Positions 38,669 through 47,870 of a stretch of DNA of 64,000 nucleotides are shown here, piece after piece. Every line of letters starts with the position of its first letter. The stretch's first letter is position 1. A model generated the notes under the pieces. That model worked only from the letters and a program-made list of their open reading frames with translations, was not told the origin of the DNA and made no database searches. This DNA is from Escherichia phage phiWec179: the sequence record LC739533.1; one strand, given 5' to 3'. The position numbers were made by a program, and so were the translations under genes.

Positions 38669-38906
38669 TTAGCCACCTCGTCAGTTTTTCTTGCTCTTTG
38701 TTTGCGCGTTCTAAGCTTCTAAACTTTAAACAAAGGGGAAGAGTATCCACACCCATGCACAAGCTTTTATCTAAGCTGTGCTCCCCAACCAACCAAAGAG
38801 AATATGTTTGAACATCTAACCCATAGTTTCTGTCTTTCCATAATCTCACCCCAAGAACATCAAAAGGCGCTTCCGCGACTAAAGAAAGAAACCGATCTTT
38901 ATTCAT
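38655..38906 (-). CDS. hypothetical protein
   Basis: 83-aa ORF. Confidence 0.5.
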   Translation of the reverse strand: MNKDRFLSLVAEAPFDVLGVRLWKDRNYGLDVQTYSLWLVGEHSLDKSLCMGVDTLPLCLKFRSLERANKEQEKLTRWLNENK

Positions 38907-38907
38907 G

Positions 38908-39252
38908 TTACACCACCTCTACCACATGAATGGACACATCGTCACGGTAGTATTTATCATCCCCGTAAATCTGGCCCAAACGTACACATGCGTCGTAGAT
39001 AGAAAGGGCTGGGATCTGATAAGTTTTAATACTGCCGTTATCTTTTGTATACCGGATCTCAAAAAGACGCATCACATCTTCAGCTACCACCTCAAAAGTG
39101 GCGCAGCCCATTCTCAACTCAATAACACAATCTGTTCCGTCATCACTATTGATCCAGTAGTAGTCCACATCCTCGTCTGTATTTGTCACAGGGTATTGCT
39201 TACCAACAGTGAAATATGGAACGGAAGATGATACGCACAAAAGTTTAGTCAT
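38908..39252 (-). CDS. hypothetical protein
   Basis: Start at ATG 39252 (RBS aaggagag). Confidence 0.5.
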   Translation of the reverse strand: MTKLLCVSSSVPYFTVGKQYPVTNTDEDVDYYWINSDDGTDCVIELRMGCATFEVVAEDVMRLFEIRYTKDNGSIKTYQIPALSIYDACVRLGQIYGDDKYYRDDVSIHVVEVV

Positions 39253-39312
39253 TTTTCTCTCCTTATTGTCTTGATGTGGTAAGCATACCATACAGAAATC
39301 AGGTGTCAAGCT

Positions 39313-39513
39313 TTATCGACACAGATAGTTGTAACGATCTGCTTTATCCTCTGCTTCAGCAAAGTCAGCAATCAAGGAAGTTTTGAGTTCTTCCAACTCT
39401 TTCACCCAAGAGTCGTAATCGCTCTGTGTTTCCCCGATGGTTTGGAGAAAACAATCGTCGTAGCCAATAGACATGGCTAACTCGATAATACGTTCCAGTT
39501 TTTCTTCCATCAT
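39313..39513 (-). CDS. hypothetical protein
   Basis: 66-aa ORF. Confidence 0.5.
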   Translation of the reverse strand: MMEEKLERIIELAMSIGYDDCFLQTIGETQSDYDSWVKELEELKTSLIADFAEAEDKADRYNYLCR

Positions 39514-40034
39514 TTCTCTCCTTCTACAGATTCTTGTTTAATATGATAATAGGCACCCCGTGCCAGATACACTTCGTGTTCTACATCGCTGATCGGGAAC
39601 CCATCAGGATTGGAAAGTCCTTGCTCAATAGTGAGAATAAGGCTTCGCAAACTAAGAGCCAGCAATTCTATACGTGCTTCAAGCACACGGTTGTGTTTAC
39701 GAGAAATATCGTAGTTGCACTGTGCTTCCTTCCATTGTTCGGTGGCATGTTCCGCTACACGCAGAAGAACAGCTTTCTCCTGTTCAGCTTTAGATACTTC
39801 CCAGTTCACAGAAGTGTCAGCAGGAACAAGAATGAAAGGTTCTTCTTTCTCTCCCACAACAGACCAACGCCCCAGCTTACTATCTTTCAATGTATCCCAC
39901 GCATAGTCCCCATCGTCACAAGTAAATCGGAATACCTCTCCTTCCTTGGCCTCCCATTCAGCCTCGTAAGTTTTACCAGTGGTAACAAAGGAATGTTTAG
40001 AGAGACTACAGTAAACAGCGAATACCTTGCTCAT
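39510..40034 (-). CDS. hypothetical protein
   Basis: 174-aa ORF. Confidence 0.6.
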   Translation of the reverse strand: MSKVFAVYCSLSKHSFVTTGKTYEAEWEAKEGEVFRFTCDDGDYAWDTLKDSKLGRWSVVGEKEEPFILVPADTSVNWEVSKAEQEKAVLLRVAEHATEQWKEAQCNYDISRKHNRVLEARIELLALSLRSLILTIEQGLSNPDGFPISDVEHEVYLARGAYYHIKQESVEGEK

Positions 40035-40276
40035 TCTACCTCCTCATTAGAAATTACAGACAAAGAGAGCGTAGCAAAACCTACAGAGATTGCTCGCCCC
40101 TCATCAATAGCTTCGTTAATCATATAACTTACCAAACTGGTAGTAGCAAAATCACCATCTTCAGTAAGGCGAAACACTTCTTGATCCGGTTCGGTGATGA
40201 AAGGCAGAAGGTATTCTTTCTTTGTATCCAGGAAACGTACTACATGGAATAAACGGGTTTTATTTCCGTAAGACAT
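40031..40276 (-). CDS. hypothetical protein
   Basis: Start at ATG 40276 (RBS aaaggagag). Confidence 0.5.
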   Translation of the reverse strand: MSYGNKTRLFHVVRFLDTKKEYLLPFITEPDQEVFRLTEDGDFATTSLVSYMINEAIDEGRAISVGFATLSLSVISNEEVE

Positions 40277-40541
40277 TCTTTCTCTCCTTTGCTTTTGGAT
40301 ACTCCCAACCCTCTGGGAGATCTTCGTTAAGCATCCACTCAAAAGGCCAGCGACAATAGCTATGCCACTTTCCATCCAAGTAGAGGCAATCTTCATCTAC
40401 TGGTCCACAAGGATTGATAACTACAACACACCCTTTTGCTCGCCAATACTGAACTATTTCGGGGTAAAAACAAGAAACATCAGTCCACTCCCAAATACGT
40501 TCATCATTCAAACGATACGCTGCTGGTAATGTTTCTTTCAT
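40260..40541 (-). CDS. hypothetical protein
   Basis: 93-aa ORF. Confidence 0.5.
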   Translation of the reverse strand: MKETLPAAYRLNDERIWEWTDVSCFYPEIVQYWRAKGCVVVINPCGPVDEDCLYLDGKWHSYCRWPFEWMLNEDLPEGWEYPKAKERKNVLRK

Positions 40542-40545
40542 CCGA

Positions 40546-40992
40546 TCAAACCTCTGTCAAAGAGAAACGCCAATCTTTACTACTACCCACACCAAGGAAG
40601 TAATAGTCTCCGGTACTAACGGAAATACGCCAAGCGGAAATCCAGTCAGGAATCTCTGGCTTATGGCTGTAGCCATAGCGATCACCACTTGAATCTGTTG
40701 CAATATAATTAACAAATTCAGGCACATCTAAAGTTTCACCTTGATACTCTACACGCTTGAAGCCATCTTCCACTTGTTCCTCCCCTTCTACCAGAAGGGC
40801 AAGAAGCTGAATGTGCGGACAAGTGAAATCTTGCCCTGGATAACGTGAACGGATATCTGTAAGCAGAGCGATCACCGCGTCTGCCAGATTTTGGTAATCT
40901 TCATACTTCACGAACGTCCCTTTTGTAGGATCATCCGAACACAAAAGCCAAGCGTCGTTCGGATTCACTCCATAATGTTTAACTTTAGACAT
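40546..40992 (-). CDS. hypothetical protein
   Basis: 148-aa ORF. Confidence 0.6.
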   Translation of the reverse strand: MSKVKHYGVNPNDAWLLCSDDPTKGTFVKYEDYQNLADAVIALLTDIRSRYPGQDFTCPHIQLLALLVEGEEQVEDGFKRVEYQGETLDVPEFVNYIATDSSGDRYGYSHKPEIPDWISAWRISVSTGDYYFLGVGSSKDWRFSLTEV

Positions 40993-41072
40993 ACACCCTC
41001 CTATTCGTACATTAAGAAGCCCAAAATAATAATCAGGGCAGCGAAAATAATAATCTCTATCATATCACATTC

Positions 41073-41285
41073 TCACTTATTCATAGAAGCAGGAAGAATC
41101 GAATGACACTTCCTGCACACTTTCACTTTAACAAGATTATCACTCCCTTCTGCGTAAATCAAAGCTTCTTTCAACTTATTCCCACACGAACAATACTCTG
41201 TTAGGTCCAGGGGAACATCAAAAAGCCCGTAATCGCTCTCATATTGTTTCTTACACAACGAAACCACTCTTGTAAAGTAAGACAT
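41073..41285 (-). CDS. small zinc-ribbon protein
   Basis: CSCGNK..CRKCHS. Confidence 0.5.
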   Translation of the reverse strand: MSYFTRVVSLCKKQYESDYGLFDVPLDLTEYCSCGNKLKEALIYAEGSDNLVKVKVCRKCHSILPASMNK

Positions 41286-41288
41286 TTC

Positions 41289-41510
41289 TTATTCCTCGAT
41301 CACTTCTACATCCCAAGAGAAGAATACATAGTCACAACCTTCCCAAACATCATCCTCCAGGATCTCACAACCTTCCACTTTAGCCATCTCTTCTTGGGAA
41401 ACGAAGAATGTTTGCAGATCATCGCTGAAAAGGTGTGCTTCAACAACAAAAGGAAGCTGAACGTTCTCGAAACCTACATAGCCTGTAACATCAATAATCT
41501 TAATTTTCAT
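41289..41510 (-). CDS. hypothetical protein
   Basis: 73-aa ORF. Confidence 0.5.
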   Translation of the reverse strand: MKIKIIDVTGYVGFENVQLPFVVEAHLFSDDLQTFFVSQEEMAKVEGCEILEDDVWEGCDYVFFSWDVEVIEE

Positions 41511-41701
41511 GATGGTTCTCCTTTATAAAGTAAACCTCTTAGTTCGCATTCTGCCACCAATAGACGGTTGGCTTGATTGTCCATAGACACGTCTATCTCC
41601 ACACTCCAAGCATTAATATACACTTCGTTGATCTTTGCGTCAAGCATTTGTGCAACTAAAGCTACGGCTCCAGCATATTCAAGTTTGATCTCTATAATCA
41701 T
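41507..41701 (-). CDS. hypothetical protein
   Basis: 64-aa ORF. Confidence 0.5.
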   Translation of the reverse strand: MIIEIKLEYAGAVALVAQMLDAKINEVYINAWSVEIDVSMDNQANRLLVAECELRGLLYKGEPS

Positions 41702-41985
41702 TTAAGATGATCCCTTACCCATTGGATACGGACAGCATTGAGATGAGAACCATCTTCCTTGTATTCTTTCGCGTAATCATCCCAATCCTTATTGAACGGG
41801 AGTTCTGGGTCCAACCCCGCAGCTTCAAACTGTTTTGACATTTCATACAGCAAATCATCATCACAATAACCGAAGAAATAGAGATTAGTACATAAACCCC
41901 ATTCACGGCGGAAAGGATTACCGTCTGGCGCTCCCGCGTCCACCCAATCTGCGTAAGCTTGATAGAACTCTCGTAATGTTTTCAT
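41698..41985 (-). CDS. family-A paralog
   Basis: LREFYQAYADWVDAGAP..GLCTNLYFF..LPFN..SHLNAVRIQWVRDHL; start at ATG 41985. Confidence 0.6.
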   Translation of the reverse strand: MKTLREFYQAYADWVDAGAPDGNPFRREWGLCTNLYFFGYCDDDLLYEMSKQFEAAGLDPELPFNKDWDDYAKEYKEDGSHLNAVRIQWVRDHLK

Positions 41986-42140
41986 AACCACCCCTTATCT
42001 TGATAACCTTTAGAAAACCCTTCTTCCCACTCTTGAAACTGTTCAGGATGTTTATTGGGATCGTAAGGATTGTGGCGGCAAAACATGCCGAATTTATAAC
42101 CCTGTGCGTAGCCTTTATCGAATGCGTTCTTACTCTCCAT
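41982..42140 (-). CDS. small protein (52 aa)
   Basis: Not in track; RBS gaggagag; ATGA overlap with next gene. Confidence 0.4.
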   Translation of the reverse strand: MESKNAFDKGYAQGYKFGMFCRHNPYDPNKHPEQFQEWEEGFSKGYQDKGWL

Positions 42141-42152
42141 TGTTCTCTCCTC

Positions 42153-42425
42153 TTATTCAACGTTCCAGAAAACACCCCGTTTATCTGTAATGTCTATACG
42201 ATACTCCTCCCACATCTTAGTTACAAGAGGTCTTTTCACATAACCGTGAAAATAAACTTCAGAATGCACCCCGTAAGCTGTGTAATTGTCAACAGTCCCT
42301 TCTACCTTGAAGATCACCATGTCTCCACCTAAAAATCTTTCAAAAACCAAGGTGAAACAGTCGAACTTAACAACGTCTCCCTCGAAGAGGGAGATATCTT
42401 TCACCTTACAGAAATGTCCGATCAT
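42153..42425 (-). CDS. hypothetical protein
   Basis: 90-aa ORF. Confidence 0.5.
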   Translation of the reverse strand: MIGHFCKVKDISLFEGDVVKFDCFTLVFERFLGGDMVIFKVEGTVDNYTAYGVHSEVYFHGYVKRPLVTKMWEEYRIDITDKRGVFWNVE

Positions 42426-42434
42426 TTTCTCTCC

Positions 42435-42626
42435 TTAATACACATCACCTACAAACCAGATTTCTGGATCGCCATACTGATCCTTCTCGTAAGATTTGTA
42501 GACACTACAGCAATATTTCAAAACACCGTCCACAAGGATTGTTGATCTTTCTTCTGGAATCTCTGTGATCTCCCCTTTGCGGGTTTCGAAGATGGTATCA
42601 CCCTTTTCAATTAGTCGGATTTTCAT
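42435..42626 (-). CDS. hypothetical protein
   Basis: 63-aa ORF. Confidence 0.5.
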   Translation of the reverse strand: MKIRLIEKGDTIFETRKGEITEIPEERSTILVDGVLKYCCSVYKSYEKDQYGDPEIWFVGDVY

Positions 42627-42627
42627 A

Positions 42628-42825
42628 TCATACCTCCCTCAATGCGATTAGTGCGTTCACCAGATTATCAACACCTTGAGCATCCAGGGCAATAACATCA
42701 AAGTTAAACCCTGTATCAGTTGGGACTTTACGTGTTATGGTGTAATAATCCTCTGCATGACGTTCAACATATGCGTATGGGTAACTGGTGTTCGGATCAT
42801 GTTTTACGCGAATAGATGTTTTCAT
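42628..42825 (-). CDS. hypothetical protein
   Basis: 65-aa ORF. Confidence 0.5.
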   Translation of the reverse strand: MKTSIRVKHDPNTSYPYAYVERHAEDYYTITRKVPTDTGFNFDVIALDAQGVDNLVNALIALREV

Positions 42826-43295
42826 GTTTTGTTCTCCTCTTTAGTTGCAACACGGAACTTATTAGCTTCTCTCACCTGGAACATGAAGTCTTTCTTCTTC
42901 ATAATCCCGATGGACATTTCATCCAGTTCTTCTGGATGGATCTGGAGATTACGGCGATCGGACAGGAACCAAGATTTCTCCCACCAGAAGCGTTGATCCT
43001 CCTCCTTGTGGTGCTTGTATTCCTCTTTTTCTTTTTCTGTGAGGATCTTGAAGCGATTCTTTCCTTCCCAACGCATTGCTGTGTTAAAAGGAATACCGTT
43101 ATCCCCATTATACACTGCGGAAGTAGGAAGGCAATAGCCAGTTTCTGCGTCGATCATTTGGTAGTGAAATTCACATTCCAGTTCAACGTACTCTAAATCC
43201 CCATAAAAATCACTGATCAAGAAAGCAATGTAAGTTTCACCATGTTCGGGAACAAATTCTTGCTTTGTCAACATCTCCAGTTTCAAACCTGCCAT
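42822..43295 (-). CDS. hypothetical protein
   Basis: 157-aa ORF. Confidence 0.6.
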   Translation of the reverse strand: MAGLKLEMLTKQEFVPEHGETYIAFLISDFYGDLEYVELECEFHYQMIDAETGYCLPTSAVYNGDNGIPFNTAMRWEGKNRFKILTEKEKEEYKHHKEEDQRFWWEKSWFLSDRRNLQIHPEELDEMSIGIMKKKDFMFQVREANKFRVATKEENKT

Positions 43296-43307
43296 TGCTT
43301 TCTCCTT

Positions 43308-43541
43308 TTAGTCGAACCAGTTATATTCAGAAGGGTAACGCGCATAGTTTGGCTTATACCCCAGCCTTTTCATCTTAACAGACATACGAGTGAAGCCAAA
43401 GGTTTTTTTGCCCTTAGACATAAACTTCTTCCCACTCTTCATTGGCTTCTTAGGGTCTTTGATCGCCTGGTTTAACGCTCGCGCAAGCCACAAAGTGTAT
43501 GCGCTCGGTGCTTGGTTAACTTTCATCTTGTTACCCTTCAT
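43308..43541 (-). CDS. small highly basic protein
   Basis: 77 aa, K/R-rich. Confidence 0.5.
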   Translation of the reverse strand: MKGNKMKVNQAPSAYTLWLARALNQAIKDPKKPMKSGKKFMSKGKKTFGFTRMSVKMKRLGYKPNYARYPSEYNWFD

Positions 43542-43552
43542 ACGATCTCCTC

Positions 43553-43783
43553 TTATAAAATTTCAAGTTCTTCGAGTGTTTCTTTCAGGGAAACTGGCAA
43601 ATCACACTCCACATCCAGCATCGAAACCAACCAAGAGGTGGCTTCGGCTAACTTCTGGTAATCATCATACAACACATAACCCCCTTCGTCAACCTCTACG
43701 ATGCAACGATAAGATGCAAAAGGGTTTTTGCTCATTTCTTCAATGTCATAACGTTCAACAACCATTATTTCACCTCTGACCAA
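43553..43783 (-). CDS. hypothetical protein
   Basis: 76-aa ORF. Confidence 0.5.
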   Translation of the reverse strand: MVRGEIMVVERYDIEEMSKNPFASYRCIVEVDEGGYVLYDDYQKLAEATSWLVSMLDVECDLPVSLKETLEELEIL

Positions 43784-44067
43784 TCAACAGTAATACATTG
43801 ATAAGCTTGATGATTTATGTCCAATTCAATATAAACCACAAGCCCACGCTCGCGGAGTGCTGTTACCACCATATACATTAACTCGCGCTGTCTGGCGATC
43901 CCATCTTGGGAAAGAGGACGATTACAGAAGCCAAAATCAGAGGGCGTGAAATCCCGTTGGTAATTTCCCGCCCGTGCTTCTGAAAAACACGTCTCAATAA
44001 CCTCTTCAATAGGAAAACCGATGGAAGCTTCTTTGGCAATACTGCGTAACTGTTCGGTCAAATTCAT
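43765..44067 (-). CDS. hypothetical protein (family-C domain)
   Basis: F.PSDFGFCNRP..VVTALRERGLVV parallels the C-terminus of ORF 36974..37528. Confidence 0.55.
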   Translation of the reverse strand: MNLTEQLRSIAKEASIGFPIEEVIETCFSEARAGNYQRDFTPSDFGFCNRPLSQDGIARQRELMYMVVTALRERGLVVYIELDINHQAYQCITVDWSEVK

Positions 44068-44132
44068 TTCATTTCTCCTCTCGTCTGTGTATGCAAAGAT
44101 TATCTACCAACGTGATCCTTATGTCAAGCTAT

Positions 44133-44645
44133 TTATTCAAAATAAACTTTAACTTGTGCCGTGCTGTAGCGATTGTAAATCTCGACCACGGCTTTAGCAT
44201 TATCTTCTTTATAGGATTCTGCCAGATCTTCCGCATCTCGGATATTTCCGGCAACACCTACGAGAACAAGATCCACCATTACAAGATATTTTTTATCTTC
44301 TGGACTCTCTTGAGAAGGCTCTTGCACTGGTTCTTCCTTTGGTTCTGGTGGCAAACCAACCTCTGCCTCAACATAAGAGTCAAACCAAGTGATATCGTTA
44401 AAATGCTTTAACTCGTGTTTGGACAGCAGCATACCACAATCAACGAAAGCACCTGCATCAGCTTCAAAGACATGCCCTTCAAATGTTTGGAACTTAACCA
44501 CATCCCCTTTTTCTGTTGTCTCCAACACCAGGAAGTGTTTTGGCCCCAGCAGATCTGAAATCTTTCGGTTCAGATTGACAGCTTCACGGAACGCATTGTA
44601 CTCTTTTGTATTTTTGAATTTATAAGAATGCCCTTGAATAAACAT
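44133..44645 (-). CDS. family-B paralog
   Basis: 170 aa; C-terminal KKYLVMVDLVLVGV..VEIYNRYSTAQV parallels the adjacent ORF. Confidence 0.6.
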   Translation of the reverse strand: MFIQGHSYKFKNTKEYNAFREAVNLNRKISDLLGPKHFLVLETTEKGDVVKFQTFEGHVFEADAGAFVDCGMLLSKHELKHFNDITWFDSYVEAEVGLPPEPKEEPVQEPSQESPEDKKYLVMVDLVLVGVAGNIRDAEDLAESYKEDNAKAVVEIYNRYSTAQVKVYFE

Positions 44646-44657
44646 AGTAGTCTCCTC

Positions 44658-45176
44658 TTAGTCAAATATCACATTACTTACGAGTTTCGCTGTGCTACGC
44701 AGAGTATAAATCTCCACAAGCTTCCCTGGACTCTCTTTCTTCGCTTTCGTGGCTCTTTCTTGTGCCTCTGAAAAAGATGATACAGTATGCACTACTACGT
44801 AGTCAACAATAACTGCAAACTTTTTAGGCACAATATCGGCATCAGGACGATCGTCGTGCGCAGAAACATCCTTACCTGGCTGTGGTGCCAGCGGCGGCAA
44901 GCCTGTCATTAACAGTGCACCTCCATCAAAGAAATATCCGATTTCATCGTGTGCAATAAGGAAGCGATCCATTTGAGCATCACCTACTCCCTGATCCCAG
45001 AACACTTTCCTATCTTCTACGAAGATGATAAGGGACAGGACATTCCCATGAACATCCGTGTTAACTGGTTGGAACCAGTGATCCCCAATCGCTTCAGCCA
45101 ATTGTTTAGAGATTGATTGAAACAACTCTTGGTACGTGCCTTGTCTGAAACGATATACATTATTTGTTTTAAACAT
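44658..45176 (-). CDS. family-B paralog
   Basis: 172 aa; C-terminal KKFAVIVDYVVVHT..VEIYTLRSTAKL. Confidence 0.6.
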   Translation of the reverse strand: MFKTNNVYRFRQGTYQELFQSISKQLAEAIGDHWFQPVNTDVHGNVLSLIIFVEDRKVFWDQGVGDAQMDRFLIAHDEIGYFFDGGALLMTGLPPLAPQPGKDVSAHDDRPDADIVPKKFAVIVDYVVVHTVSSFSEAQERATKAKKESPGKLVEIYTLRSTAKLVSNVIFD

Positions 45177-45198
45177 TAGTGTCTCCTCTTGTATTAAA

Positions 45199-45657
45199 TT
45201 ATTGTTCTACTTCACGCAGCCACGCTAAAGCCTCTTCTGGGGATTTATCGAAGTCGTTGAGCAGTTCCTGCTCCAACTCCTCTTTCATTTCATTCAGCAC
45301 TTGTAGTTGACGTGCCTTTTTCCACAAGGCTACACGATAATCAACACCTTGTGGTGCTTCTTCTGCCACTTTTACATTACCTGTCGGGCAGCGAGGAAGA
45401 TAGTCTTCAATATCTTCCAAGGCACGGCGATAATTGGGGTCCATGTAGTTCACACGAACACGATTACATTCTAACAAAGTGGCACGGAACACTTCATAAC
45501 GTGTTTCGGATAGAATGTGTTTCACACAGACAGCACCAGTATCTTCTGAAATTACGCTATACACTTCCAGTAGGCTGGAGTTTCTCTTGACATAATCTGT
45601 AACGCATTGCACATATGCTCCCAATATTGTGGAAGCTCTCGCTGGTTTTTCGCTCAT
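45199..45657 (-). CDS. hypothetical protein
   Basis: 152-aa ORF. Confidence 0.6.
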   Translation of the reverse strand: MSEKPARASTILGAYVQCVTDYVKRNSSLLEVYSVISEDTGAVCVKHILSETRYEVFRATLLECNRVRVNYMDPNYRRALEDIEDYLPRCPTGNVKVAEEAPQGVDYRVALWKKARQLQVLNEMKEELEQELLNDFDKSPEEALAWLREVEQ

Positions 45658-45893
45658 TTTCTACCTCCCCATAATGCCACCATTTTATTAAAGATGGAAG
45701 CGCGTCGTGCACGAGATGCTAACATACGATTGGCTTCTTCGTAGCCATAGAACAAACGATCTGTCAATACCAACGCCAGTGTCTTCTCTTGCAGAGACTG
45801 GCAATTATGTTCAGGACGACAGTCGTGCCCTGCATCGAAGTACAGATTGTTCAGATAGTTGTTTGCTCTCTCATTCTGCTTTGCAGTGATCAC
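45654..45893 (-). CDS. hypothetical protein
   Basis: 79-aa ORF. Confidence 0.5.
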   Translation of the reverse strand: MITAKQNERANNYLNNLYFDAGHDCRPEHNCQSLQEKTLALVLTDRLFYGYEEANRMLASRARRASIFNKMVALWGGRK

Positions 45894-45902
45894 GATCCCT
45901 CC

Positions 45903-46133
45903 TTAATGAACAATTTCATATTCGTGAGGAAGGAAAACATAATCTTCCCCTTCACCTGCATCTTCTTCATCCCAGAAGAAACCTGGTATCTCAATCATCT
46001 TCGAAAAGCGCACATGCGCCAACCCACTATACCCTATCTGTGCATTCAGCACAACGGGTAACTCTGCACCAATCAGACCTACATACCCGCAAGCGGTTTC
46101 AATACGAATTTTCATACGTTTTATGTTATGCAT
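45903..46133 (-). CDS. hypothetical protein
   Basis: 76-aa ORF. Confidence 0.5.
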   Translation of the reverse strand: MHNIKRMKIRIETACGYVGLIGAELPVVLNAQIGYSGLAHVRFSKMIEIPGFFWDEEDAGEGEDYVFLPHEYEIVH

Positions 46134-46335
46134 CTTTCATATTCTCCACGAAGTGACGAGCAACAGGATTCCCGTAGAAATATTCATTGATGAAATCGAT
46201 CACACAGGTTTCACTGCCTGTCACAACGGACGGTGCGAAGTTTCGGAACTGCACGAGTACACGACTTGCGTTAGCAAGGGCGTTCACACGATCAGTATTA
46301 GCTAAATACAAGGATACAGTTTTCATATTCGACAT
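46126..46335 (-). CDS. hypothetical protein
   Basis: 69-aa ORF. Confidence 0.5.
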   Translation of the reverse strand: MSNMKTVSLYLANTDRVNALANASRVLVQFRNFAPSVVTGSETCVIDFINEYFYGNPVARHFVENMKDA

Positions 46336-46406
46336 TTCAATCTCCTCATTGGCTATCTGTTATGCGCGGTATTGCGCCTCTCATGCAAACAAGTATACAG
46401 ACATTT

Positions 46407-46775
46407 TTATTCAATGCAAGCATTATTTGCATCTTCGATGCGATCTTTCACCCATTGAAGACGTAACGTGTTGGTATGACACGCCAAGTCTATACACTCT
46501 GAAAGGTAATCCATGCAATCTGCATTGAACGGAAGATTGTAGTCCAGTTTTGCACATGTAAATTGTTTCCTCATTTCGTATTTCAAACTATCCAACAAAC
46601 GATCACGCCATCTTTTATCTTCTTCTCTAATTACCTCACCAACAAAATCATCTACATAATCTACCAGACAACCACACAAGCCACTCGTTGTGCGATTCAT
46701 TGCCGGATGGTTGGCAATCCATGCTTTATAGAATCGTATTAATGTTGCACTGCTCAACGGAATGTTACTTTTCAT
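46407..46775 (-). CDS. family-A paralog (NIPLSS subgroup)
   Basis: MKSNIPLSSATLIRFYKAWIANH..GLCGCL..LPFN..CHTNTLRLQWVKDRI; start at ATG 46775 (RBS gaaggagg). Confidence 0.6.
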   Translation of the reverse strand: MKSNIPLSSATLIRFYKAWIANHPAMNRTTSGLCGCLVDYVDDFVGEVIREEDKRWRDRLLDSLKYEMRKQFTCAKLDYNLPFNADCMDYLSECIDLACHTNTLRLQWVKDRIEDANNACIE

Positions 46776-47130
46776 TATTGCCTCCTTCACAATCCTGGAT
46801 ACGATCTTCTACCCATTGCACACGCAGTCGGTTGAGATGACATTTTCTGTTTTCACATTCTTCCTCGTAGTCGAAGAAGTTGGTATTGAAAGGTGTGGTT
46901 TTAGACAACCCTGCATACATAAACTGTACCAGCATTTCATCAGCTAAAGCTTCACGCATCTCCCAAAACTGATCCACATCGGCACCATGTATCGGACACA
47001 ATACGTCCCATGCAAAATTGCCTAAACATACGCACAAGCCATTCGCTGTGTTCACCAACTCACTACGGTGAGCCATCCAATTCTTATAGAACATCAGAAG
47101 AGTATCACTACTCAAGGGAATATTTTTCAT
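46765..47130 (-). CDS. family-A paralog (NIPLSS subgroup)
   Basis: MKNIPLSSDTLLMFYKNWMAH..GLCVCL..TPFN..CHLNRLRVQWVEDRI. Confidence 0.6.
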   Translation of the reverse strand: MKNIPLSSDTLLMFYKNWMAHRSELVNTANGLCVCLGNFAWDVLCPIHGADVDQFWEMREALADEMLVQFMYAGLSKTTPFNTNFFDYEEECENRKCHLNRLRVQWVEDRIQDCEGGNNEK

Positions 47131-47131
47131 A

Positions 47132-47512
47132 TCAGGCTCCTTTACGATTATGGAAACAATCTTTCACTCGCTCTTGCACCCACTCTACACGAAGCTTGTT
47201 TTCATGCGCTCTGTTGTGGTTATGCTCTTGCACATAGTCTTCGTAGTTCACATTAAAGGGAACACTGACAGACAATCCTGCACAACGAAATTGTTTCTTC
47301 ATTTCTTTTAATGTCGCATCACTTAGGGCACAAAGCTGATTTGCCTGTTCCTCACTGAAGTTACTGTCCCACATCTCATCCCAGATAAAACTATCCAAGC
47401 ATACACATAACCCATGCCTTGTGCGCTCTTTAGTATGATGATCAGCAAGCCAACTTTCATAGAAAGCTAACAACACCGGACTACTCAACGGAACATTTTT
47501 ACTCTCTTGCAT
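47132..47512 (-). CDS. family-A paralog (NIPLSS subgroup)
   Basis: MQESKNVPLSSPVLLAFYESWLADH..GLCVCL..VPFN..AHENKLRVEWVQERV; start at ATG 47512 (RBS gagaggag). Confidence 0.6.
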   Translation of the reverse strand: MQESKNVPLSSPVLLAFYESWLADHHTKERTRHGLCVCLDSFIWDEMWDSNFSEEQANQLCALSDATLKEMKKQFRCAGLSVSVPFNVNYEDYVQEHNHNRAHENKLRVEWVQERVKDCFHNRKGA

Positions 47513-47870
47513 GATAATCTCCTCTCTTGGTTTCATGACAAACATCCTAATTCTCAACGAGGAACATCTTACGATCAATCCTCGGCAATTACAATTCATT
47601 TATCATCGCTTTTCCCTATCAATTATTCTATATATACCTGTTATTTTTGACACCCCCTTTGGTCAAATATTAATCGGCAAAATATCTGGGGGTACTCTAT
47701 AAAATGATGCCCCCTGTTCCTGCAATTTATCGAGGAGAATATCATTCGACTATCATCGGCAAAGAGACAGAAAAGCCTTTGGTAGCAAGGATTTATGGCG
47801 AGTACGTCAGGACTGCTTAACGCGAATTTTTCGGCCCCTCCACTTCTGCGAGCCGGAATCCTCAAATATC

